Shown here piece after piece: positions 47,560-57,544 of a stretch of 64,000 bases of DNA; position 1 is the first letter of the stretch, and every line of letters starts with the position of its first letter. Source of the DNA: Candidatus Rifleibacteriota bacterium. Its GTDB lineage: Bacteria; Muiribacteriota; Ozemobacteria; Ozemobacterales; Ozemobacteraceae. The stretch lies in assembly GCA_015233565.1 (NCBI GenBank), contig JADFXM010000043.1, positions 44-64,043 of the forward strand, read 5' to 3'. The notes beneath the pieces are model-generated. The model saw nothing but the letters and a program-made list of their open reading frames with translations. It had not been told where the DNA came from and searched no databases. Made by a program: the position numbers and the translations under genes.

Positions 47560-47953
47560 TTCCTCTCGATTTTTTGCGAATTCGCAGCCGAAAAAAAATA
47601 TAGCAAACCCTTGAAAACTCATGATAGGAATTTGCTTTTTCGCGCATTTATCCTATCATATTCATTTAAATTTTTCAAAAAAAAAATCATTTTTTGAATT
47701 CGGAAAAAATAAAAAATGGGAATGATTTGGTATGCTGAATCGGATTGGGTGGGTACTTTAAAATTTAAAAATTTGGGTATTTTTAGACAGTCTCGTTAGA
47801 ACGGCGGGTTCCCGTTCCCGACATGATGCTGGAGGAACTGCTGAGGCGCTATGGAACAGTTTATTTAGGAAAAGGGCAATTACCGACCGGGCAAGATCAT
47901 AAGAACCAGATTCTTAGGACCATTTCGAGCATAGGCGTCTGCGGAAAAGGTTT

Positions 47954-49225
47954 TTGTTAGCAATATTTGTTGAATATTTGTTCCGGGTCTTGATAATAAG
48001 AAGCAATTTTGATAAAATTGCTTTCACTATTTCAAGTCAAAAGGGATCTTTCGCCCAAAAGATGATAAACCAAACAAGAGAGAAACTAAAAAGTAGTTTA
48101 CTGGATATTGTCGCTCTCAAAGACCCTTCCGTTTTTAAAGACTCGGAAAAATTCGCAAAACTTATGTTGGAAAGAACCAATTTAGGTTTTACACTTGAAT
48201 TTCTTGCGCTTAAATTAGGGTTGAGTGACCTTGTTCCATGGACTCTACGAAAATTCTCAGGGTCCACCCTCATTGCTCAAGGCATTAAAGATCTCGCTGA
48301 AAAACTTGCAAAAAATCACCAACTCCCCCTGGAAATAGCCGTCTGGTCAGTTGAGACGTGGGCCGAAAGCGTTGGGATTCCTTTCTCCCCTTCCCCAGTT
48401 ACTCATCCAAAAACTGTCCCGACAAATAATACCGAAGTTTCATATACAGAACCAACTAGCCGATTAGGTGTGTTATATGGTCTGGACGTGCAAAATTCAA
48501 TTCGCGTTTTTAAAGTCTGGTGGAAAAGCCCTTTACCGCAGGAGACCCAAGACCTTTGCGCCATTTCAGTAAAGAGAGAAACTTCACTCACCAAGCCAAT
48601 TGTGTCATCCAACTCCAAATGCCACACAACTTCCGGCGTAAATTCCATTTCTTCACAGCCTCCTTCACTAGCTTCAAAGAATAATTCCAAACCACAATCG
48701 GAAAAAGAATCCCTTAGATCAATCGACAAAACCACTTATGAAGAAAAACCGAATCCCGCAGCCACCATTCCTGCCAAACAGGGAACCACCGGAGGGAAAA
48801 AAACCTTATTAAGGCCCATAGCAACCCCGAGTTTCAGTCAAGTAGCTGACCAACATTATAATCAGGCATTAGCTCTATTGGAAACTTCGCATGGCAAGTC
48901 AAACATTAAAGAAGTCGTCGCCGAATTTGTGAAAGCCGCAAACGCTGGGCATCTCCTAGCTGAATATCGGATCGGAGAAATTTACCTAAGGGGCTTTTTT
49001 GTACAAGAGAATTTTGATGTCGCCTTTAAATGGTTCGAATCAGCGGCAAAAAAAGGTTATGCCGAAGCCCAATTGGAATTAGGAAGCATGTATCAGTGCG
49101 GCATTGGAATCGAACTTAATCTCACCGAAGCGCACAAATGGTATGAGAAAGCTGCTAATCAGGGGAATCTGGAAGCGAAAAATCTGTTAAGCCAAATGGA
49201 CAACCCCAACGGAGGTAGGTCATGA
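47954..49225 (+). CDS. Sel1-repeat (TPR-like) protein with uncharacterised N-terminal domain
   Basis: The C-terminus carries 3-4 Sel1 repeats (AEYRIGEIYLRGFFVQENFDVAFKWFESAAKKGYAEAQLELGSMYQCGIG...AHKWYEKAANQGNLEAK). First gene of a tightly spaced six-gene operon. Confidence 0.7.
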   Translation: MLAIFVEYLFRVLIIRSNFDKIAFTISSQKGSFAQKMINQTREKLKSSLLDIVALKDPSVFKDSEKFAKLMLERTNLGFTLEFLALKLGLSDLVPWTLRKFSGSTLIAQGIKDLAEKLAKNHQLPLEIAVWSVETWAESVGIPFSPSPVTHPKTVPTNNTEVSYTEPTSRLGVLYGLDVQNSIRVFKVWWKSPLPQETQDLCAISVKRETSLTKPIVSSNSKCHTTSGVNSISSQPPSLASKNNSKPQSEKESLRSIDKTTYEEKPNPAATIPAKQGTTGGKKTLLRPIATPSFSQVADQHYNQALALLETSHGKSNIKEVVAEFVKAANAGHLLAEYRIGEIYLRGFFVQENFDVAFKWFESAAKKGYAEAQLELGSMYQCGIGIELNLTEAHKWYEKAANQGNLEAKNLLSQMDNPNGGRS

Positions 49226-49404
49226 ACCAGGAACAAAACAAAACGATAGTCAATCAATCATTAATATTCTGGTGCGGCATAGTTATAGTTGAGTTGTTTG
49301 TGATCGCCTACTTGATTCAGGCCCCATTGGTTATTCTCGGAAGCTTGCTTTTAATTTGGCCTATTCGCGCAGCCATGAATTGGCCAATGCCACAAACGGA
49401 GTAG
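49222..49404 (+). CDS. Small (60 aa) two-TM membrane protein
   Basis: Overlaps the upstream stop (ATGA) and ends 0 bp before the next start. Two hydrophobic helices. Confidence 0.5.
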   Translation: MNQEQNKTIVNQSLIFWCGIVIVELFVIAYLIQAPLVILGSLLLIWPIRAAMNWPMPQTE

Positions 49405-52158
49405 ATGATGGAGAAAATTGAATGCCTGGTAAACTCCGGAGTCTCCTTTTACACTCCGGAAAATGATTTGCAGTTTCCCGACGCATTATTGTTCAAAACC
49501 TGGACATTTCGTGTCTTACAATCCCCAAAAGGCGCCATTTCTCTTCAATTAGGCGCAACTCCAATCATTGATGCCCTTGCCGAAGGGAAAGACCCCCTGA
49601 TCGACATCGGCCAACTTTCTCTTCGGTTTCAGGATGTTTTAAATATTTGTACAGGGAAATGGCTTCCGCTTCCCTTCTCACGTAAGGGAGCGGAAGAATC
49701 GGTTTCACGAAGCAAAGATTGGGTAAGACTTTTCTTGCACAAACCTCCGTTAAAAAACGATGCAAACATTTTTCGGTATGTACTTGCTTTTGACACGCTC
49801 GTCAATTCAACGGAAACTTCTGATAATCCCGGAAGAGATCTTTTGGGATTTTTCCCCGAAGACGTTGGTCTGCCTTTTGAGTTAAACCCAGGCTCAACCG
49901 GATTCTGGCAGACTCCAACTCTTCTAAACTGGATCAAAAACATTTTCAAGGAAATTCCGGCAGAAGGAGCCGATCCAATGCCTCCGCATATCGGAAGTCT
50001 GGCTGCCTTTATGACGCTGGTTGACGGGCTTAAACAGGCAGATATTATCCCAGAGATAACCTTTTTGAATCCTGAAGGCCAAAACATCGACGCTCATTTA
50101 ATTCTTGATCTGGGAAACAGCCGCGCCTGCGGGATTATCGCCGAACAAGCCCCAGGGCAGGGAGTAAATCTCGATGAATGTTGCAAGCTTGAAATTCGAG
50201 ATTTGAGCGAACCTACTCAAACATACACTGAGCCATTTGATACGTCTTTCAAATTCCGCCCTCCGCTCTTTTTTGATCCGAATCAAGGAGCTCCTCACGC
50301 TGGGGCTGGTTTTTTCTGGCCCAGCCTTCTTCGTCTGGGGCGCGAAGCTGCAAACCTGGAACCCTCGGACGTAGGCGACACTGGTATGTCAAGCCCCAAG
50401 CGATATTTATGGGATAACCAGCAACGACATTTTCCCTGGTATTTCAACCTTCCCGAGGCAAACCTCGGCAAAAAAATAAACGCTCCTTTCCTCAAATTCC
50501 TTGACGAAAATGCTGTTTTTCGCGGAGACAAAGCCCAACCCCCATTTGAACCATGTTATCCACCAAGTTCAATGATGGTTTTTTTGATTCTGGAAGTCCT
50601 GAATCACTGTTATTCTCAAATCAATTCGTTTTCATTTCGAAAATCCCGTGGACATCGTCTTTCAAAACGTGTTTTACGGAATATTGTAATCACCACGCCT
50701 TCAGGTATGTCCGGTCCCGAAAGAGATATTTATCGGGAGCGCGCTCAATCGGCCATTGATCTCTATTTCCATGTGTTTGGCTGGCCGGAGGAAATGAAAC
50801 CCAAAATTCATCTTGAGTTTGATGAAGCCACCGCTGTGCAGCTTACATACCTGTATGGTGAAGTGAAACATCGCTTTTTAGGCAACGCCAAAGAAGTATT
50901 CGAAACACTCGGTCGCGAACGCGCCGCTGAACATGATCTTCGCAAACCCATTTTTCGGCTTGCAAGTATTGACATTGGCGGTGGAACGAGCGATTTGATG
51001 ATTGCCGAGTATAATTCATTGCCAGCTGAACCTTCCGGAGCACGTCAGAAAAAACTATTCTCCGAAGGCTTTTCAATAGCGGGCGATGAGATAGCAAAAC
51101 GCATAATCGAAAAGATAATTATTCGCCGCGTTTTTTCATGGGCGCAACAAAAAAATCAAAGAATTTCCTGGGAAGAATTTCAACTCTTCTTCGGCCCAGG
51201 GCGCGGGGGGCGGGACAAACATTTTATAGACATGAAAGCCGAACTCTGCCGCCAGGTCTGGATTCCAATGGCTCATCGCCACCTTGAATTCGCCGAACTG
51301 GAAACGGATGACACCGATTTGGAATTAGGATTCGATCAATTTTTTTTACGACGCTTGCCCGGCGCCAATGTGCTCGATTTCTTCGCGGAACACCTGAAAA
51401 AGGAATTTGACTGCGACATCACTCTCCCGGAAATTCCCTGGCAACTTTCGAAACGCCAAATCAATACAGTTATTGCCAATGTTATCGAAAATATTCTTCG
51501 AATTTTTTCCGAAGTAATCGCTCAATTTGATTGTGACGCGCTTATTTTGGGAGGAAAACCCTCGTCCTTACCAATCATTCGAGAGATTCTTGTGCGCCTG
51601 ATGCCCGTATCGCCGGAAAAAATCATCAGTTTGAAAGGATACCCGGTTGGAAGCTGGTACCCATTTTCCCAAAAAGGCGGAGGAATCTCCGACCCCAAGA
51701 CCACATGCGTCATGGGAGCCGCGGTCTGGTTGTTTTCAGAAAAACTGCGAAACCTCGACGGGTTGAACTTGATCACTGACCCCGACTCCATACAGGAACG
51801 GAAATGTTTCATTGGAACATTTTCTCCCGAAGATTTGAAAATTGACCAAATGGTCTTTCCCTCCGCTAACGGCGTTGTTGAAACGAATAAATCAGCTCTT
51901 TTGGGAATACGCCGTGTCGATTCAGAAGTTTGTCCAGTCAACCCAATTTGGGAGTTACTTCTTGATCGCGAAAACCTTAAAGGACAAGGTCCCTTCAAAG
52001 TCAAACTCGTACAGGATCCCAAACAGCGTGAGTGTTTGTCAATTGAAGGGCTCGAAGATGAGCGAGGAACGAAAGTTGACTCGCGTTTGGCGAAACTCAG
52101 GCTTCGCACCATGATAGCCGATCAATATTGGCTCGACACTGGTTCTTTCGATTTGTAA
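49405..52158 (+). CDS. Large (917 aa) Hsp70/actin-fold ATPase-domain protein
   Basis: Hsp70-NBD-like motifs in the canonical order: phosphate-1 HLILDLGNSRACGII, connect-1 IVITTPSGMSGPERDIYRERAQ (compare VITVPAYFNDSQRQATKDA), phosphate-2 ASIDIGGGTSDLMIAEY, adenosine DALILGGKPSSLPIIREIL. A roughly 230-aa N-terminal extension is unique. Confidence 0.8.
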   Translation: MMEKIECLVNSGVSFYTPENDLQFPDALLFKTWTFRVLQSPKGAISLQLGATPIIDALAEGKDPLIDIGQLSLRFQDVLNICTGKWLPLPFSRKGAEESVSRSKDWVRLFLHKPPLKNDANIFRYVLAFDTLVNSTETSDNPGRDLLGFFPEDVGLPFELNPGSTGFWQTPTLLNWIKNIFKEIPAEGADPMPPHIGSLAAFMTLVDGLKQADIIPEITFLNPEGQNIDAHLILDLGNSRACGIIAEQAPGQGVNLDECCKLEIRDLSEPTQTYTEPFDTSFKFRPPLFFDPNQGAPHAGAGFFWPSLLRLGREAANLEPSDVGDTGMSSPKRYLWDNQQRHFPWYFNLPEANLGKKINAPFLKFLDENAVFRGDKAQPPFEPCYPPSSMMVFLILEVLNHCYSQINSFSFRKSRGHRLSKRVLRNIVITTPSGMSGPERDIYRERAQSAIDLYFHVFGWPEEMKPKIHLEFDEATAVQLTYLYGEVKHRFLGNAKEVFETLGRERAAEHDLRKPIFRLASIDIGGGTSDLMIAEYNSLPAEPSGARQKKLFSEGFSIAGDEIAKRIIEKIIIRRVFSWAQQKNQRISWEEFQLFFGPGRGGRDKHFIDMKAELCRQVWIPMAHRHLEFAELETDDTDLELGFDQFFLRRLPGANVLDFFAEHLKKEFDCDITLPEIPWQLSKRQINTVIANVIENILRIFSEVIAQFDCDALILGGKPSSLPIIREILVRLMPVSPEKIISLKGYPVGSWYPFSQKGGGISDPKTTCVMGAAVWLFSEKLRNLDGLNLITDPDSIQERKCFIGTFSPEDLKIDQMVFPSANGVVETNKSALLGIRRVDSEVCPVNPIWELLLDRENLKGQGPFKVKLVQDPKQRECLSIEGLEDERGTKVDSRLAKLRLRTMIADQYWLDTGSFDL

Positions 52159-52174
52159 TTTTCAGGAGGGCATC

Positions 52175-52900
52175 ATGAACAAACCTGATGAACTGTTTCC
52201 ATTTCCTCCGTTCCCACTGGAAAAAAAAGAAGGTCCCCCCACCCCCTTGAACCCAGATGAAATAAGGGATCTTCGAACTATTCTTGAATTATTCCGCAGT
52301 GGAAAATTGACAAGCCCCCCTGTCACAGCCCCCCAGGAAAAGGCTGATGTGGACCCTTTCGCCGAACTTCCCACCAATATGAGTCAACCCATCCCGACGA
52401 CCCTGCCTCGTTCTGAGGAATTTGTAATGCGCAGCGCCTTCATGAAATTTCTCGATATCAGAACATCATCATCCCCATTAGAGGATGAAATTCGAAATTC
52501 ATTAAAAGCAATTTGCCAAAACTTGGAAGATCAACACACTTTTGTACAAGCTTTTTGCGCCATAGTTGGAATCTTTCCAATATGTGATTTCTTACGTCAC
52601 AGCACTCCGGAACAAAAAATGTTTTCCCTAAACTCTCTTGGAGACAGGTTTTTTCAAGTAATTAGCGGAATGAGGTTTCCACTGCGAAAGGAACTTGTCA
52701 AAATCATCGGAAAATATCTTTCTGATAGTTCAACGAACTATTCTTTCCTCTCAATGGAAGGAGAGCCTTTCAATAATCAATTTCACGAACGGGTTGATGG
52801 AAGCTCTTCTTCTGGCCGTTCGATCGTTGAAATGCGAGGGTTTGTCGTCACGCGGATAAATTCCGACCAAATTGTACGCCTGGGGCGCGTTCTAACTTGA
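52175..52900 (+). CDS. Hypothetical 241-aa protein (speculatively GrpE-like nucleotide-exchange-factor C-terminus)
   Basis: Tightly coupled in the operon. The C-terminal segment SIVEMRGFVVTRINSDQIVRLGRV loosely follows the GrpE beta-domain pattern (G.VL.I.QKGY.LNGR.IR.A.V.V). Confidence 0.5.
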   Translation: MNKPDELFPFPPFPLEKKEGPPTPLNPDEIRDLRTILELFRSGKLTSPPVTAPQEKADVDPFAELPTNMSQPIPTTLPRSEEFVMRSAFMKFLDIRTSSSPLEDEIRNSLKAICQNLEDQHTFVQAFCAIVGIFPICDFLRHSTPEQKMFSLNSLGDRFFQVISGMRFPLRKELVKIIGKYLSDSSTNYSFLSMEGEPFNNQFHERVDGSSSSGRSIVEMRGFVVTRINSDQIVRLGRVLT

Positions 52901-52913
52901 AAGGCGGGTAACC

Positions 52914-54266
52914 ATGGGAATGATTGCAAAAACCGTTACAAAGGGCTTCCGCCCTTGCATTTTCCGGAACCAGCCTGTTCATCAGTTTTTTGGACACTTG
53001 CAATCTGTAATGCAAGCGCTTTCTCCATCGGGAGAAATGGAACATCTTTTTGCCAAACCAAATGTCATGGGCGGAGACCAGGGTCCAAACTCTGAAATAG
53101 AGTGGACCACTGATTTAAAAGGCGACCCGGTAAGGCTTCATGATCTTCCCACTGCCAAACAACAGCATTTGGTGCAGATTGTGGCCTCCAGTCTTGAGAA
53201 GATAAGAGCATACGCTGAAGCCAGAAAAGGGAAAACCGGGATAGAAAAAGATTACGCCGAGTATCTTGAATCAATTGCCCTTGCGCCGGATTTGAATCAG
53301 ATTTTTTCCATTCAAAACCGCCCAGTAATCATTCATTGGGGTTTTGTGGCAGAGGAATCAGGAAATTTTGGAAAAAAAATGTTTGCCGGCTGGGACGATT
53401 TCATCTCCCAAATCCAACGCAAAACATTGCCTCAAGACTCACCAACACCAGACACATCATTTCTACCACCGGAACCTCCAAAGGTTGAAGACAAAACCGC
53501 AACAGCACAGCTCACCTCTCCCCAAAAACCAGCGTCAGAAAAAGTTGCGCAAAAAAAAGAGCCCCCCTCGGAAAAACCCATCGTTGCTTGTGGTTTAGGC
53601 GATTATCAATGGGTCAAATGGCTAGCGATTGTTCTTGCAGTAGTTATACTTTTACTCTTGCTTTTGCGGCTCCTTCCTCCAATGTCGCCGCGTTCTCAAT
53701 CGCAGCTTCCAGCCCTAAGCAGCAGAAATGACGCCAGCGGTGGATTTTTTGGAAGCGGGGGCGGCGGGGCAAATTTAGGCAGTCCCGGCAATGGTTCTTC
53801 TAAATCGGTTGGCATGCCAGCTCCAGGACAAATTTGTCCGACTTGTGGTGAAACGAAACCCACGTCAAGCCACGGATCAACCCAAGCTAATGCTAACAAT
53901 CCTTCCATCGAAGCGCAATCTTCAATCGCTTCCAGCGAAAGCAAAACCGCAAGTGAATCAGCACAAACAAGTAAAGAGTCACTTGAAACCGAATTCTCAG
54001 TTTCCATCCAAACCATCAGCAATCAGCAGCATGAGCTCCTTTCCGAACCGAAAGACCCCAAAACGTTGTGGGAAATTGTCGATACAAAGGGCAACCCTGT
54101 TATTTCAACAGAAGCCTATTTTAACAATATCCCCAAAAACCATTCCGCCAAGGGCACCTCAGTCACGCTTCACTTACCGCCTCCGGGAAAAGCTTTTGAT
54201 TGCGTGGTTATTGCGAAAAACTCTCGTGGCGATAAAACAAAATACCATTTTGTTTCCAAGGAATAA
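52914..54266 (+). CDS. Single-pass membrane protein with cytoplasmic N-domain, Pro/Ser-rich linker and CPTC zinc-ribbon-like motif
   Basis: One TM helix WVKWLAIVLAVVILLLLLLRLL, a flanking low-complexity PQKPASEKVAQKKEPP region, and CPTCGETKP. Confidence 0.6.
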   Translation: MGMIAKTVTKGFRPCIFRNQPVHQFFGHLQSVMQALSPSGEMEHLFAKPNVMGGDQGPNSEIEWTTDLKGDPVRLHDLPTAKQQHLVQIVASSLEKIRAYAEARKGKTGIEKDYAEYLESIALAPDLNQIFSIQNRPVIIHWGFVAEESGNFGKKMFAGWDDFISQIQRKTLPQDSPTPDTSFLPPEPPKVEDKTATAQLTSPQKPASEKVAQKKEPPSEKPIVACGLGDYQWVKWLAIVLAVVILLLLLLRLLPPMSPRSQSQLPALSSRNDASGGFFGSGGGGANLGSPGNGSSKSVGMPAPGQICPTCGETKPTSSHGSTQANANNPSIEAQSSIASSESKTASESAQTSKESLETEFSVSIQTISNQQHELLSEPKDPKTLWEIVDTKGNPVISTEAYFNNIPKNHSAKGTSVTLHLPPPGKAFDCVVIAKNSRGDKTKYHFVSKE

Positions 54267-54269
54267 AAT

Positions 54270-56834
54270 ATGCAACAACTCCGGCCAGAAGAAGAACAGG
54301 TGGCGAAAACCGCAGAGCGAATGAGTCAGATTGTGTCCCAAAGCTGTGAATGGGCAACCGCATACCTCAAAGATAATCAAATCCGCAAATTCATGGAGAA
54401 AGTCCTTCAGGAAAAACAGATCACCATTCGAAGAATCGGCGAATCAGCTCGCCGCCCGCTCGCTCTTGGGGTTTTCGGAGCAAGTCAATGTGGAAAATCA
54501 TATTTGGTTTCTGAACTAGTGCGCGGAAACGAGCCATCTTTGAGCGTATTTCTAAATCGTTCGGGCCAAAATCCTTGTGCACACGATTACCTTGAAGAGA
54601 TTAACCCCGCCGGAGGCCGTGAAAGTACGGCTGTTGTCACCAGATTTTCTCTTCGTCCTTACCGGGAAATTCCGGGTTGTTCAGCATTATTGCGACTTTT
54701 TTTTACCGTTGATTTGATAAAGATTTTTTTGAATGGTTTTTTCTTCGAGTGCCAGTCTGACTTTTTGCCTACTGCGGAAGATTTGCAAAAAATACGCTTT
54801 TCCTTCAAAGGAGTAGGCCGATGTCGGCCAGGGGAAGGCCTTCTATCTGAAAGCGATGTCTGGGACTTACAAGATTACGCCCGCCGCCATTTCCGCAATC
54901 AGTTTTTGAAAGCTCTTGAAGACATCAATTACTGGGGAATTCTGAACGATGAAATCCGGTTTCTTCCATTCGATCACCAGATATTGTACATCGAATGGTT
55001 ATGGGGAAAATTTCCCGCAATCACAACCCTTTTCCGCAACCTTCAAAAAGCTCTCTCGGGGCTAGGCGGCCAGATTGTCGGAATTTATGAAGAAGCATTA
55101 ATACCCCGTGAAAACAGTATCGTCGATGTTCAACGCCTAAGTCAGCTCGCTTCCCCAGGGAATCGCAAAATGAGCGTTATTTCCGAAAATGGATCGATAG
55201 TTGCCATTGACGCCGCTTTTCTTTGCGCATTGACTAGTGAACTAATACTCAAAGTCCAATCGACCCAGTCGGGCGCCCTTCTTGAAAACATGGACGTTCT
55301 TGATTTTCCCGGCGCGCGAGCACGCGCGCAAGTTTTTGATCAGCGTCATCTTGCAAATGATCATTCAGCTCTGGTCGAAGTCTTTTTGCGGGGAAAAGTA
55401 GCCTATTTGTTCGATCGCTATTCCGATGACCGCGATGTTACCGGTCTGGTTCTCTGCCAGGAAGGCGGCCCACAGGAAGCTAAATCGCTTCCATACATGA
55501 TCAACAAATGGGTCGAGTGGAGCCAGGGCGCTGACACCAAGACCAGGGAGGCAAAAAAACCCTTGCTTTTCCAAGTGTTCACCAAATTTGACATGGACTT
55601 GACCCGAAAAAAGGGAGAAGACCCTCGCGTTCGCTGGGAAAGTCGCTTGAAAACAAATTTTGCGGAGTTCTTTGGTCGCGCCGGAGATTGGGTCGAAAAT
55701 TGGGATGGTTCAAGAGCCTTCCAGAATTGTTTTTGGGTGCGAAATCCAAATGTACAACAAGCCGTTTTCGGCAAAGACCAGACTGGGAAAGAGTTTATTC
55801 GAGATGAATTGCCGCTGGCTGAGTTCAAAGGACAATATCTTGCGAACGAGTTCGTTCGAAGGCATTTTCAAAACCCCGAAGAATCATGGAATATGGCTGC
55901 CACTCCCGGAAATCCAGGAATTCCTTTTCTGGTGGAGAATTTGCGGAAGGCCATAGAGCCACTGACTAAGGTCAGGCAATTAGAAAGCAATCTGAAAAAC
56001 ATTTTGATGGAAGTGAAAACAAACCTTCAGCCCTACCATGTCGGAGAGGACGTTACCCGCGCCAGAACTCTTGCCGAAGAACGCGCCAAAAAACGCCTTG
56101 CCACCCTTGGAAAGGAAATGCCCGTCCGATACTCACTTCCACAAATCATTGACAGAGACCGATTTTCCATTTCCGAAAAAACAAATGGAACGATTTACGA
56201 CTCAGTCATTAACCCAATGATCGAAGAAGATAATCAAAATGTGACTGTCGGCCTAATTCAAAGCCAAACTCCGGTTTTTTCGGATGATATATTTCAAATC
56301 CCCGGAATTTCTTCAGCACCACCTGAGACCGTGAAAAAAAACCAGGCGCCACCTCGTAAAGGTGAATTATTCGCACGCGCAGTGTTAAACCGCTGGCAGG
56401 AACAACTGGTCAATCTCAGCAAAAATGAAAAGTTTCAACAAAAAACCGGCCTCAACGGCGAATGGTTCGCCGAAGTGATTCAAGAGATCATGAAAGGAGC
56501 TTCTCGCCTCCAGCTTGAAACCAGAATCGCCGAGGAAAGCGAGGCTGCTTTAAATTCCCCTAATTCAATGAAATTTCTGCGCAAAACCTCCGCCCGCGTC
56601 GCAGCACTTTTGAATCGCTTTATTTTAGATTTGGGCCTTCCCCGCAAAGAATTTCAACTTCCCACAGGCGCACCCAAAGCCACACTAGCCGCAAACGCCT
56701 ATCCCGGCTTACAAATTTACATACACTGGACAACTTCGATGATCCAGCTTTTCAAAGACAACGTAGCAGTCGCATCAGCAGACGATGAAACCAGCAACCG
56801 GGTCTTATCGCAGATACTGCAAATGGCAATATGA
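54270..56834 (+). CDS. Dynamin-like large GTPase (854 aa)
   Basis: G1 GVFGASQCGKSYLVSEL, G3 DVLDFPGA (the DxPG of dynamins), G4 TKFD, followed by about 400 aa of helical stalk-like sequence. Starts 3 bp after the upstream stop. Confidence 0.8.
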   Translation: MQQLRPEEEQVAKTAERMSQIVSQSCEWATAYLKDNQIRKFMEKVLQEKQITIRRIGESARRPLALGVFGASQCGKSYLVSELVRGNEPSLSVFLNRSGQNPCAHDYLEEINPAGGRESTAVVTRFSLRPYREIPGCSALLRLFFTVDLIKIFLNGFFFECQSDFLPTAEDLQKIRFSFKGVGRCRPGEGLLSESDVWDLQDYARRHFRNQFLKALEDINYWGILNDEIRFLPFDHQILYIEWLWGKFPAITTLFRNLQKALSGLGGQIVGIYEEALIPRENSIVDVQRLSQLASPGNRKMSVISENGSIVAIDAAFLCALTSELILKVQSTQSGALLENMDVLDFPGARARAQVFDQRHLANDHSALVEVFLRGKVAYLFDRYSDDRDVTGLVLCQEGGPQEAKSLPYMINKWVEWSQGADTKTREAKKPLLFQVFTKFDMDLTRKKGEDPRVRWESRLKTNFAEFFGRAGDWVENWDGSRAFQNCFWVRNPNVQQAVFGKDQTGKEFIRDELPLAEFKGQYLANEFVRRHFQNPEESWNMAATPGNPGIPFLVENLRKAIEPLTKVRQLESNLKNILMEVKTNLQPYHVGEDVTRARTLAEERAKKRLATLGKEMPVRYSLPQIIDRDRFSISEKTNGTIYDSVINPMIEEDNQNVTVGLIQSQTPVFSDDIFQIPGISSAPPETVKKNQAPPRKGELFARAVLNRWQEQLVNLSKNEKFQQKTGLNGEWFAEVIQEIMKGASRLQLETRIAEESEAALNSPNSMKFLRKTSARVAALLNRFILDLGLPRKEFQLPTGAPKATLAANAYPGLQIYIHWTTSMIQLFKDNVAVASADDETSNRVLSQILQMAI

Positions 56835-57544
56835 TTACTTATGACTTTCCCAAAATTCGTCTGGAAAACTAACTTCAGAAATAATCTTCAAGATAAAAGA
56901 TAGTAAGAAATGGAAAGTGGGTAAGCTGAAGTCGTTTGAGAAAGACTGAAAAGAGAAGTTTCAGCAAAGGGATTGGCTCTTCACGCTAAATAGCTCGATT
57001 ATGGGAATTCGATCCCCCATGCCAGTGGCTGGCCGATATGACTTCCGTAAACCATCTTCTTCGCCTGATTTTCGAGTTAGTCACAAAGAAACTTTGGACG
57101 ATCTTCTGATCGAGGTTTTGCCTCATTGAGCACCGAAGAGTTAAAAACAAGGAATTATACCAATTATTATTAATCCGTAGGTATGCTTAAATCCTCCAAA
57201 AAAAGATTTTCCAGAAAATCATTGGAAAGCGTTGGACGTTTTTCTGAATATTCAATTTTTTTCAAATAAGGTTGCTTCATCGCCTTTGGCTCCCACCGTT
57301 GTCGGAAAATTTCTTCAGCAGCCAAGAAGATTGAAACCTACGAACTAATTATGAATGGTATTATCTTAAAAAAAAAATTCAAAAACCTCAAGAAAACTTT
57401 TTTCCAAATCAGTGGTATAATTAATTAACCATAAAAAAATTGAGAAACTTGCAAAATAATTGGAATTCTAAAATCGCCTCGGAAAACAAGCCTTTAAACC
57501 CATTTTTGCAGGATGCTCAAAAGAAAATTTGGAGGGATGATTTT

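Noticed and set aside
56990-57030. tRNA T-arm-like sequence gggaattcgatcccccat
   Set aside because: The loop is 9 nt, not 7. No acceptor or anticodon arms are discernible nearby.
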